Shown piece by piece: positions 48,241 to 56,509 of a DNA stretch of 64,000 bases. The notes under the pieces are model-generated. The model saw only the letters and a program-made list of their open reading frames with translations, was not told the origin of the DNA and did no database searches. The stretch is from Winogradskyella sp. (GTDB lineage: Bacteria > Bacteroidota > Bacteroidia > Flavobacteriales > Flavobacteriaceae). Where the stretch lies: assembly GCF_045105575.1 (NCBI RefSeq), contig NZ_JBGCDQ010000028.1, positions 1,744-65,743 of the forward strand, in the 5' to 3' direction. Each line of letters opens with the position of its first letter. Position 1 is the first letter of the stretch. Made by a program: the position numbers and the translations under genes.

Positions 48241-48990
48241 TTATTGTCTGTTTGGATCAAAAGGAAAATTGTCTTGGTTATCAGGAGTTCCATCTAAATC
48301 TGAATCTCTTACACTATTGTCAATAATTAAAAGTTGCCAATGAATTGGTAAAAAATCGTTCATAACTAAATTGTCATATTCTGCTGTAGGCCCAGACGCC
48401 ACAGAAACTGAAGCAAATGTTGAACCTAAAGAAGTATCAAAAAATGAATTAATAGCGACTAAAGCAGTGAAATTCCCAAAGCGTATTAAACGTGTACTTG
48501 TACTACTAATAAAATTGCCTAATGGTTGAGTTGTATTTTGCTCGCAATCCACAGTGAAGTTTCCTGTATGTCCGTAAAACGCAAATAATTGGTTGACTTC
48601 CGCTGCAACGATGTCTAATATATTTATTTGGTTAAATGCCGTGAGTCCAGGAACGTAACGCCAAACCACTTGGTTGTCATTTCTAAAAACATTAACTCCT
48701 AATCCTGTCTGAGCTTCAGATGCACTATAACCTTGAGGCATAATAAAACCTAATGCAGGATATTGACTGTGGATAAATTGTTGCCCAGGATTAGACAAGG
48801 TTGGTATGCTTGTTAATGGTAAAGGTAAACCGTGTGCATTATCCCAATAGGCAGCCGTGGGTCCAGAAATATTTAAACATAATTCTGAATTGAAATTTCT
48901 AAGATTATTAGGATCAGAGGTAGAATTTTTACTGCAAGAATTAAAACAAATAAACAGTAAACTAATTTTTAAAAGATGGCAAGGTTTCAT
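48241..48990 (-). CDS. Lipoprotein with a C-terminal thrombospondin type 3-like Ca2+-binding repeat
   Basis: FNS-C lipobox; DSDLDGTPDNQDNFPFDP. Confidence 0.75.
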   Translation of the reverse strand: MKPCHLLKISLLFICFNSCSKNSTSDPNNLRNFNSELCLNISGPTAAYWDNAHGLPLPLTSIPTLSNPGQQFIHSQYPALGFIMPQGYSASEAQTGLGVNVFRNDNQVVWRYVPGLTAFNQINILDIVAAEVNQLFAFYGHTGNFTVDCEQNTTQPLGNFISSTSTRLIRFGNFTALVAINSFFDTSLGSTFASVSVASGPTAEYDNLVMNDFLPIHWQLLIIDNSVRDSDLDGTPDNQDNFPFDPNRQ

Positions 48991-49021
48991 AAAAAAGGAA
49001 TGTTTAACGTGTTGTTATGTC

Positions 49022-49051
49022 TATATCGAAGTTTTTTTAAAATGTCATCAT
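49022..49051 (-). promoter_or_regulatory. Putative ECF promoter ATGATGACAT-N13-CGATATA
   Basis: 31 nt upstream of ATG 48990; matches 41647-41676. Confidence 0.6.
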
Positions 49052-49098
49052 TCATTTTTCTTTGAAGCAATTTTTATTACCATTTCTAAGCAAGTTTG

Positions 49099-49106
49099 TA
49101 TCTTTG
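49099..49106 (+). promoter_or_regulatory. -7 promoter box
   Basis: TATCTTTG, ending 4 nt before ATG 49111. Confidence 0.6.
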
Positions 49107-49110
49107 CAGT

Positions 49111-49488
49111 ATGAGTAAAAAACTAACACCTCAACAAATTCATAATCTTGCCATGAACCATGTTGGTAAGGATCTCGAAGCGCGAGGTTTTGAATTTATC
49201 GCCATTAATAGTAAGTTAAAACGACATCCGCAATTTGTGTGTATCGATAAAAACAGTCAATACTTTTTTGTGGTAGTAAGAGCTGTGATACTTCCTGAGA
49301 ATCCAAATAACTATGATATCGTTTGGATGGAAACCTTCAAAAAGCATGCTTACGATAAAGATGCGAAAGTATTGTACGCAGGAGTAGGAATAGGAAATCC
49401 TAAAGGTGAAGGCTTACCTATTCATTTAAACGAAGAGTACCTTATAGAATACAATGGCATCCAAGTCATTGAAATGAATTTAAATTGA
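49111..49488 (+). CDS. Hypothetical protein (125 aa)
   Basis: ORF from MSKKLT; first gene of a probable operon with apbE. Confidence 0.7.
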   Translation: MSKKLTPQQIHNLAMNHVGKDLEARGFEFIAINSKLKRHPQFVCIDKNSQYFFVVVRAVILPENPNNYDIVWMETFKKHAYDKDAKVLYAGVGIGNPKGEGLPIHLNEEYLIEYNGIQVIEMNLN

Positions 49489-49585
49489 TATTCGGAAAAA
49501 AACAATTTTTGCTTCGATAGTTTTAATCGCTTTATTTGTGAATGAAAATGTAGGCATGAGGAAAATTGAAGCTAATAAAAAATAT

Positions 49586-50563
49586 ATGAAACACATACTT
49601 TACTTATTATGCATTGTCTTACTAGTATCTTGCGAAAAAGAGCTAAAAATCATTAAAACATCGGGTCCTGTTTTTGGAACAGCCTACAATATTCAATTTG
49701 CTTCTACAGAAGAAACTAATTATCAGCAGCAATTTGATAGTCTTTTTAATGTGGTGAATAACTCTATGTCAACCTACATTCCAAATTCTATAATTTCAAG
49801 ATTAAATAGAGGTGAAGATGTGGCTGTGGATGCCCATTTTCTTCGTGTATTTAATAGTGCAAAAACCATTTATAGAAGTACACAAGGCGCTTTTGACCCA
49901 ACCATAGGTGCCGTTGTAAACGCTTGGGATTTTGGTCCAGAAGGTAAAATTACAAATATAGATAGCACAGCAATTGATAGTTTAATGAAATCTGTTGGTT
50001 TTAACAGAATGGGTTTACAGAAGAATAGGGTTATTAAAAGTAATCAGTCGTTTTTAGATTTCAATGCCATCGCTAAAGGTTATGGTGTCGATGCGATTGC
50101 CCAATTTTTAGAACAAAAAAATGTAACTGATTATTTAGTAGAAATTGGTGGTGAAATGCGTACCAAAGGCATAAATATTGAAAAAAAATCAGCTTGGACC
50201 GTTGGTATTTTTGATCCAAACTTTGAAGGACCTGACTCCTATTCCAAAGTAATCGATTTAAAAGATCAAAGCATGGCCACCTCTGGTACTTATAGAAAAT
50301 TTAAAATTGACGAGAATGGCAATCGTTACGCACACATTATAGATACCAAAACAGGTTATCCAACTAAAACAAACATTCTAAGTGTTTCCGTCATCGCAGA
50401 GGATTGTATGACTGCAGATGCTTATGCCACTGCATTTCAAGCCATGGGAATTAAAAAAGTATCGGAATTCGTAGAAAGACGACCAGAGTTAAAGGTGTAT
50501 TTCATTTATGAGGATGATGATAATACATTACAAACGTTGAGTTTGAATGGTTTTCCTGAATAA
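49586..50563 (+). CDS. apbE: FAD:protein FMN transferase
   Basis: Lipobox LVS-C; FNAIAKGYGVD, VEIGGE, ATSGTY, HIIDTKTG, ADAYATA. Confidence 0.93.
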   Translation: MKHILYLLCIVLLVSCEKELKIIKTSGPVFGTAYNIQFASTEETNYQQQFDSLFNVVNNSMSTYIPNSIISRLNRGEDVAVDAHFLRVFNSAKTIYRSTQGAFDPTIGAVVNAWDFGPEGKITNIDSTAIDSLMKSVGFNRMGLQKNRVIKSNQSFLDFNAIAKGYGVDAIAQFLEQKNVTDYLVEIGGEMRTKGINIEKKSAWTVGIFDPNFEGPDSYSKVIDLKDQSMATSGTYRKFKIDENGNRYAHIIDTKTGYPTKTNILSVSVIAEDCMTADAYATAFQAMGIKKVSEFVERRPELKVYFIYEDDDNTLQTLSLNGFPE

Positions 50564-50698
50564 AAAAGTAATTACGAATAGCAAAATTTTACAGAATAGC
50601 CCTAATATTGAGTATAGTGTCGATAAACTTTCGATGTTTCTTTTATTTTCAATAATTTTTAACGCTTACAAAAGTGTCAAAATATTAAAAGTTTACGC

Positions 50699-51985
50699 AT
50701 GAAACTAAAATTTGTAATCCTATGTTTTATTGTTAGTCTTCCTGTACTAATGTCAAGTCAAACTAACAGTGAAATTGCAGGTGTATATATAGAGCGTTCA
50801 GAAAAGCATTTCTACGATTTAGAAATTGACAAGGCCTTAGATATTTTTAATAAGGCTTTAAAGTATATGGATAGTGTACCTAATAGTCGTGTCGCCAAAT
50901 TAGGAACACTCCTTCACTTTGAGCATCAAAAATATTTTGAAGCACGCTCTTATGCTAGATCTTATTTTGAATTGGAAGAAGATAAATCATCCGAGGATTA
51001 CCAAACGATGTTGGCCACATTTGTTGATATACAAGAAGAAATTGAATCTTACATCGCGGAACAAAAGGCTTTAGAATTAAAACGTCAGGCTGAGGATAGA
51101 GCTGCTCAACGTTTAGATTCTTTAAATACATTATGGTTAGATAAGTCTAAGGCATTTGCTGTTGTTGCTGATAGTATTTATCAGTTTAACAAATACAATT
51201 TAGCGGTTTTTTCTAAGAATGGGCAGTTGGGTATCATAGATGATGTCGGTAATATTGTAGAACAACCACAAGCATATAAATATGTTATTACTTACGATGG
51301 CTACATACTTTTTTTAGATAAAGAAACGAATCCAACAAAAATTTTTGTCTACAATTGTGTCAATAGAAAAGGGAGATTACTTCCACAGGTGTCTATTTTA
51401 GATTCAAATGCAACAAATTATGGTAAAGTGATGTTACCTAGAGCAAATGGTCTAATAGTGACCTACCCAAATACTACAAGCAAAGCTTTTGTTTACAATA
51501 TAGAAGAAAAATTATTTTCAGATATTGAAGATCTAAAAGAATTTTTAAAAACATTGAAGAAAAACGACATTATCGAAAAATATAAAGATGAGCAAGTACG
51601 CATTAATAAAACTTGGCTTACATTAGGAAGTCATCTCGGAGCTCAAATTTATGAGCTTTATGATTTAGATTCGCAACGGTTTGGATACTTAAATACAGCA
51701 AACGGAAGGGTTTGGGATGTTAATACGTATAATTTTTTAGGCGGTTTTTATAATGGTAATTTTGAATTAATTGAGGATGGAAAACGTTTTTGGGCAGATG
51801 AAGAAGGTTTAAGACGCGAAACTAATGTAAACGAAAATGGGATTTATAATGGTGCTTCAAGATTTGTGAAAAACACGGATGGTACTTACGCTATAATTCA
51901 AAATAGAAATGGTAAAGATTTTTTGGTGCTTGGCGATGCGGCATTGTTAAATCAAAAACATTTTGTTGATGAAGCTACGAAATGA
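50699..51985 (+). CDS. Exported hypothetical protein (helical N-terminus, beta-rich C-terminus)
   Basis: 428 aa ORF with a signal peptide. Confidence 0.65.
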   Translation: MKLKFVILCFIVSLPVLMSSQTNSEIAGVYIERSEKHFYDLEIDKALDIFNKALKYMDSVPNSRVAKLGTLLHFEHQKYFEARSYARSYFELEEDKSSEDYQTMLATFVDIQEEIESYIAEQKALELKRQAEDRAAQRLDSLNTLWLDKSKAFAVVADSIYQFNKYNLAVFSKNGQLGIIDDVGNIVEQPQAYKYVITYDGYILFLDKETNPTKIFVYNCVNRKGRLLPQVSILDSNATNYGKVMLPRANGLIVTYPNTTSKAFVYNIEEKLFSDIEDLKEFLKTLKKNDIIEKYKDEQVRINKTWLTLGSHLGAQIYELYDLDSQRFGYLNTANGRVWDVNTYNFLGGFYNGNFELIEDGKRFWADEEGLRRETNVNENGIYNGASRFVKNTDGTYAIIQNRNGKDFLVLGDAALLNQKHFVDEATK

Positions 51986-52028
51986 TAGTTTTATGAAACT
52001 AGCAACCGCATTTAACTACAGTGTCTAA

Positions 52029-52397
52029 TTAAAGATTCTGTAAGAGTAATAATAACCAACCTACCACCAAAAGCAATCCTCCAAGTGGAGTAACAGGGCC
52101 TAAAAATCCCAACTTTCTACCCTTAGCGTCAGAGAGTACCAATCCGTAAATACTAAACGAAAATAGTATAATCCCAATAGTAAAACACCAATAAGTGGCA
52201 GTGCTAACGAAATCAGAGTTAAAGCCTAAAACGAGTAAAACAATAGCGTGATACATCTGATATTTTACACCAACTTCAAAACTATGTAGTTGGTCTTTAG
52301 ACAATATTTTCTTTAAAGCATGTGCGCCAAAAGCACCAAATATTACGGATAGCATTCCAAATAAAGCAGCAGTAATAATTATAATTTGTTGTGTCAT
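52029..52397 (-). CDS. DUF423 (YgdD/TMEM256-like) membrane protein
   Basis: GAFGAHAL, YQMYHA, LFSFSIY, GPVTPLGG. Confidence 0.88.
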   Translation of the reverse strand: MTQQIIIITAALFGMLSVIFGAFGAHALKKILSKDQLHSFEVGVKYQMYHAIVLLVLGFNSDFVSTATYWCFTIGIILFSFSIYGLVLSDAKGRKLGFLGPVTPLGGLLLVVGWLLLLLQNL

Positions 52398-52422
52398 TGG
52401 TTATGGGTGTTAAAAGCTATTT

Positions 52423-53208
52423 TTATTTATAGACTACAGGAATAATTTCCCCTTTAGCCAGTCTGTATTTATCAATAGCATCTTCTGAAAGTTGAGCCGT
52501 ATAATCTACTTCTTCAACCCTAAAACCAATAGAACGCAGCTTATCAAAATAATCACGACCATAAATACGAACATGATCGTATTGTCCGAAAATTTTAGCA
52601 CGTTCAGCTTTATCAGTGATTGAATCATCTTCAAACGTTTCAGCACGATTTAAATCTTGTGGAATTTGAAAAACACCATAACTACCAGGTTTCATAACTC
52701 TGTATAATTCTTGCATCGCTTTAGTGTCGTCAGGTATATGTTCTAAAACATGATTGCATAAAATCACATCATAGCTATTATCGTCAAAAGGAAGATCGCA
52801 AATATCTGCTTTAACATCTGCAATAGGCGAGAGCAGATCTGTCGTAGTATAATCGATATTTTTAAGTTTTCTAAAGCGTTTTAAAAAACATTGCTCTGGC
52901 GCAAAATGAAGTACCCGAAGTGCTGAACTTGATTCAGGATCTCTTGTAAAAAAATCAGTTTCGTTTTTAAGATATAGCCATAATAAGCGATGACGCTCAA
53001 GGCTTAATGTAGAGGGTGAAAGCACATTTGGTCGTTGTTTGCCGTAACCATAAGGTAAAAAGGTTTTAAACCGCTTGCCATCTATTGGGTCTGTATAGGT
53101 ATTTCCTTTTAAGACGAATGTTAAAATAGGACGTGCTAGGTAGCTTAGCCTTATGAGTAGAGGTCTTGGGATGGTGTTTAGGATTAATTTAAAGAGTTTT
53201 TTTGACAC
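52423..53208 (-). CDS. Class I SAM-dependent methyltransferase
   Basis: SLERHRLLWLYL, VLHFAPE, CNHVLEHI, FGQYDHVR; GTG start. Confidence 0.82.
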   Translation of the reverse strand: MSKKLFKLILNTIPRPLLIRLSYLARPILTFVLKGNTYTDPIDGKRFKTFLPYGYGKQRPNVLSPSTLSLERHRLLWLYLKNETDFFTRDPESSSALRVLHFAPEQCFLKRFRKLKNIDYTTTDLLSPIADVKADICDLPFDDNSYDVILCNHVLEHIPDDTKAMQELYRVMKPGSYGVFQIPQDLNRAETFEDDSITDKAERAKIFGQYDHVRIYGRDYFDKLRSIGFRVEEVDYTAQLSEDAIDKYRLAKGEIIPVVYK

Positions 53209-53233
53209 GAATTACACGAATTTTCACAAATCG
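53197..53233. repeat. Left inverted repeat of the GxxExxY cassette
   Basis: TTTTTTTGACACGAATTACACGAATTTTCACAAATCG. Confidence 0.9.
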
Positions 53234-53611
53234 CTAAAGAACGATTCTTTTATATTTTAAACTATCTTCTCCAAAGTTAATGAGAAGTCCTAATTTTAAT
53301 TTTGAAACGGCTAAATAATTTAATGTTTGTTTAAGATGTGCTGAAACTAAGCAATCAATCGCCTTAATTTCTAGTACAATTTTATCCTCAACAATAAAAT
53401 CTGCTTTGTATTTATGCGGTAAAATATTTCCTTTATAGCTAATAGCGAATTTTGTCTCTCTGGAATACTTTATATCGTTATCAATAAATTCAATTTCTAA
53501 GGCATCTGCGTATACAACTTCATTAAACCCTTTTCCTAATTGGTTATGTACTTCCATACATATTCCAATTATTTTATAAGCTTCCTCTTTATAAATTAAA
53601 TTTTGAGTCAT
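53234..53611 (-). CDS. GxxExxY protein (PD-(D/E)xK nuclease-like)
   Basis: GFNEVVY motif, YKADFIVEDKIVLEIKA, QTLNYL..SKLKLGLLINFG; start moved to MTQNL. Confidence 0.92.
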   Translation of the reverse strand: MTQNLIYKEEAYKIIGICMEVHNQLGKGFNEVVYADALEIEFIDNDIKYSRETKFAISYKGNILPHKYKADFIVEDKIVLEIKAIDCLVSAHLKQTLNYLAVSKLKLGLLINFGEDSLKYKRIVL

Positions 53612-53727
53612 TAATTCTTTCGATTTATTTGTTAAAGAAACGAACAAAATCATTAAATTTTTATCGAACTATTTGATTTAGATAGTTTTAAACTCCTTAT
53701 TCAAATCTAAGTAATTTTTCATCACTC

Positions 53728-53764
53728 CGATTAGTGAAAATTCGTGTAATTCGTGTCAAAAAAA
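53728..53764. repeat. Right inverted repeat of the GxxExxY cassette
   Basis: CGATTAGTGAAAATTCGTGTAATTCGTGTCAAAAAAA, the reverse complement of the left IR with one mismatch. Confidence 0.9.
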
Positions 53765-53766
53765 AA

Positions 53767-54585
53767 TTACAACACCAAAGGCTTCTGTCTATAAGCATCT
53801 TCCTCATCAGAAAGAATCCCAAGAGCCTCATGCACATACCCAAAAGTAGAAAGTATCTCAGGCTTCCCATCTACAATAGCAATATCATGCTCAAAATGTA
53901 CACTTGGTTTGCCGTCTTGGGTTACAATGGTCCAACCATCGCTTAGTTGTTTTACTTTATGTGTTCCTAAATTGATCATAGGTTCAATAGCAACCACCAT
54001 ACCTTCAATAAACTTTTTGCCGCGACCGCGTTTTCCGTAGTTGGGCATTTCAGGATCTTCATGCATTTTTCTGCCTAATCCATGACCAACCAATTCTCTC
54101 ACCACACCATAACCTTCGGCTTCACAAAATTGCTGAATCGCAAAACCAACGTCACCAACACGATTACCACGTTTTAATTCAGCAATACCAACATAAAGAG
54201 ATGCTTTGGTAATTCTAATTAATTTCTTAGTTTCTTCAGCAACGTTACCTATTTCAAAAGTATAGGCATGATCGCCATAAAAGCCATTCATAAAAGAGCC
54301 ACAATCTACAGAAACAATATCACCATCTTTTAATGGAATATCAGTAGGTAAACCATGGACAACAGCTTCGTTAACACTACATAATAAGGTAGACGGACAA
54401 TCGTAAAGTCCTTTAAAGCCAGGCAACGCACCATGATCTCTAATAAATTCTTCGGCAATGGCATCTAAATGATTGGTGGTAACACCTTCTTTTATTTCCT
54501 TAGCGAGCATGCCTAAAGTTTTGGATACAATAAGCGCACTTTGACGCATTAACTCAATTTCTTCTGCCGTTTTTACTATAATCAT
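53767..54585 (-). CDS. map: Methionine aminopeptidase type I
   Basis: SVNEAVVHG, SVDCG, GDHAYT, GHGLGRKMHEDP, AIEPM, HFEH. Confidence 0.96.
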   Translation of the reverse strand: MIIVKTAEEIELMRQSALIVSKTLGMLAKEIKEGVTTNHLDAIAEEFIRDHGALPGFKGLYDCPSTLLCSVNEAVVHGLPTDIPLKDGDIVSVDCGSFMNGFYGDHAYTFEIGNVAEETKKLIRITKASLYVGIAELKRGNRVGDVGFAIQQFCEAEGYGVVRELVGHGLGRKMHEDPEMPNYGKRGRGKKFIEGMVVAIEPMINLGTHKVKQLSDGWTIVTQDGKPSVHFEHDIAIVDGKPEILSTFGYVHEALGILSDEEDAYRQKPLVL

Positions 54586-54605
54586 GTCTTAAAATTGTTG
54601 AGCGT

Positions 54606-54613
54606 CAAAGATA
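54606..54613 (-). promoter_or_regulatory. -7 promoter box for map
   Basis: TATCTTTG on the minus strand. Confidence 0.55.
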
Positions 54614-54682
54614 GGTATAAATAATAATTTAATAATTCTTGAAAACATGATAAATAACAGTTTCTAAGCTAAGTATCTGTTA

Positions 54683-54690
54683 TAAATTTG
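54683..54690 (+). promoter_or_regulatory. -7 promoter box for the CoA-transferase gene
   Basis: TAAATTTG. Confidence 0.55.
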
Positions 54691-54711
54691 TAATCTAAAT
54701 GTGAATCAACC

Positions 54712-55977
54712 ATGTACAGAACCGTCACCGCAGAAGAAGCCTTAAAAGTTGTAAAATCTAATGATCGTATCTATATTCAAGCAGCTGCAGCTGCACCACA
54801 AACGCTTATAAAAGCATTGTCGGCAAGACATGAAGAATTACGAAATGTAGAAATATGTCAGCTCCATACCGAAGGTGAAGCTCCGTATGCTAATCCGGAT
54901 TTAAGAGATAGTTTTCATGTGAATTCCTTCTTTATTGGAAATAATGTAAGACATACCTTAAAAGCAGGAAACGGCTCTTACACACCTGTATTTTTGAGTG
55001 AAGTGCCAAGGCTATTTCAACAAGGTATCGTTAATTTAGATGTGGTGTTAATTCATGTTTCTGTGCCAGACAAGCATGGCTATTGCTCATTAGGAGTTTC
55101 TATTGAGGCAACTTTGGCGGCTATTGACAATGCGAAGATTGTAATTGCTCAGGTAAATCCACAAATGCCAAGAACGCATGGTGCAGGCATTATTCATAAT
55201 TCTGAAATCGATTACTTTGTAGAATCTGATGAAGCGCTCCCTACGCACCATATGGCAGAGCCTAATGCTATTGAAAATAAAATCGGTCGGTATGTCGCTG
55301 AATTAATTGAAGATCGCAGTACGTTGCAAATGGGGATTGGTTCTATTCCAAATGCTGTTTTAGCAAAATTGACCAATCATAAGGATTTGGGTTTGCATAC
55401 AGAAATGTTTTCAGATGGTGTTATTGATTTAATTTTAAGTGATGTGATTAATGGGAATTATAAAAAGATTAATCGCGGACGTGCACTCACTACTTTTCTA
55501 ATGGGATCTAAACGTTTGTATGATTATGTGGATGACAATCCTTTTGTGGAAATGCGTGCATCAAACTATACTAACAATGCCGCTTATATTAAGCAAAATC
55601 CAAAAATGGTAGCTATAAATTCTGCAATTGAAGTCGATTTAACTGGTCAGGTGTGTGCAGATTCAATAGGGTCTAGTATGTATTCTGGTGTTGGTGGACA
55701 AATGGACTTTATTAGAGGAGCCTCTCTAAGTCAAGGAGGTAAAGCGATCATAGCCTTACCATCTGTCACTAAAAAAGGAATCAGTAGAATTGTAGCTTCG
55801 TTAAAAACTGGCGCTGGAGTGGTAACCACAAGAGCTCATGTACATTATGTGGTTACTGAATATGGTGTGGCTAATTTATATGGAAAAACTATAAAGAATC
55901 GTGTGAAGGCTTTAGTAGATATTGCGCATCCTGATCACAGAGCAGAGCTTGAAAAATCGTATTTTAATAAGATCTAA
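54712..55977 (+). CDS. Acetyl-CoA hydrolase / 4-hydroxybutyrate CoA-transferase family
   Basis: LQMGIGSIPNA, HTEMFSD, INSAIEVDLTGQV, SGVGGQMDF.RGA, HPDHR. Confidence 0.92.
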   Translation: MYRTVTAEEALKVVKSNDRIYIQAAAAAPQTLIKALSARHEELRNVEICQLHTEGEAPYANPDLRDSFHVNSFFIGNNVRHTLKAGNGSYTPVFLSEVPRLFQQGIVNLDVVLIHVSVPDKHGYCSLGVSIEATLAAIDNAKIVIAQVNPQMPRTHGAGIIHNSEIDYFVESDEALPTHHMAEPNAIENKIGRYVAELIEDRSTLQMGIGSIPNAVLAKLTNHKDLGLHTEMFSDGVIDLILSDVINGNYKKINRGRALTTFLMGSKRLYDYVDDNPFVEMRASNYTNNAAYIKQNPKMVAINSAIEVDLTGQVCADSIGSSMYSGVGGQMDFIRGASLSQGGKAIIALPSVTKKGISRIVASLKTGAGVVTTRAHVHYVVTEYGVANLYGKTIKNRVKALVDIAHPDHRAELEKSYFNKI

Positions 55978-56372
55978 AACTGCCACCATTTTTTTGAAGG
56001 AGCTGTAATAGTTGGTTTTTCTTTGGTGATGATTTGGTAGACTTCTCCCCAACCTAAAATGCCTCCAATATTACGATCGTCTATAAAAATGTCGGCATGT
56101 ATTTTTCGACTGCGACTGTAGTCATATTTTTCTTCCGGAAAACTGGCATTAACAGCATAAAATTCGATACCATTTTCTTTACAAAAAGCAACTGCTTCGT
56201 CAAGTTTATTACCAGATCTATAAGTCCATAAGATTAAGCGATGACCGTCATCTTGAAGCCGTTTTAAGGTTTCGAATGCAAAAATACGTGTTTTTCCAAT
56301 TTTTGGATAGGCATCTTCTACAATGGTGCCATCAAAATCTACCGCTACTATTAATCTATTTTCAAAATTCAT
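55974..56372 (-). CDS. BT0820-type HAD phosphatase
   Basis: AVDFDGTIV, ILWTYR, RKIHADIFIDDRN. Confidence 0.85.
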   Translation of the reverse strand: MNFENRLIVAVDFDGTIVEDAYPKIGKTRIFAFETLKRLQDDGHRLILWTYRSGNKLDEAVAFCKENGIEFYAVNASFPEEKYDYSRSRKIHADIFIDDRNIGGILGWGEVYQIITKEKPTITAPSKKWWQF

Positions 56373-56509
56373 GATACTAATAAATTGGAACGCAAAGTTA
56401 CAATATTAAGTGCTTTATACCAATTTGAATATCCAATCTTGTATTGCGAAATTGAATTCCTTCTCGATGAATTAAAAACACAATAAATGGTCTCTGCGCT
56501 TAACATTAA

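Larger units (their letters stand above)
53197..53766. mobile_element. Candidate IR-bounded mobile cassette carrying a GxxExxY nuclease gene
   Basis: 36/37-identical inverted repeats enclosing one ORF; mobility is inferred, not shown. Confidence 0.5.

Noticed and set aside
38039-49002. 12-bp direct repeat AAAAAAGGAATG at 38039-38050 and 48991-49002 bracketing the accessory block
   Set aside because: It is A-rich and was found post hoc, there is no integrase or tRNA, and a boundary at 49002 would cut the 48990 gene from its putative promoter
53734-53946. 70-aa plus-strand ORF starting in the right inverted repeat (MKIRVIRVKKK...)
   Set aside because: It is the translated repeat followed by sequence antisense to map; no coding evidence
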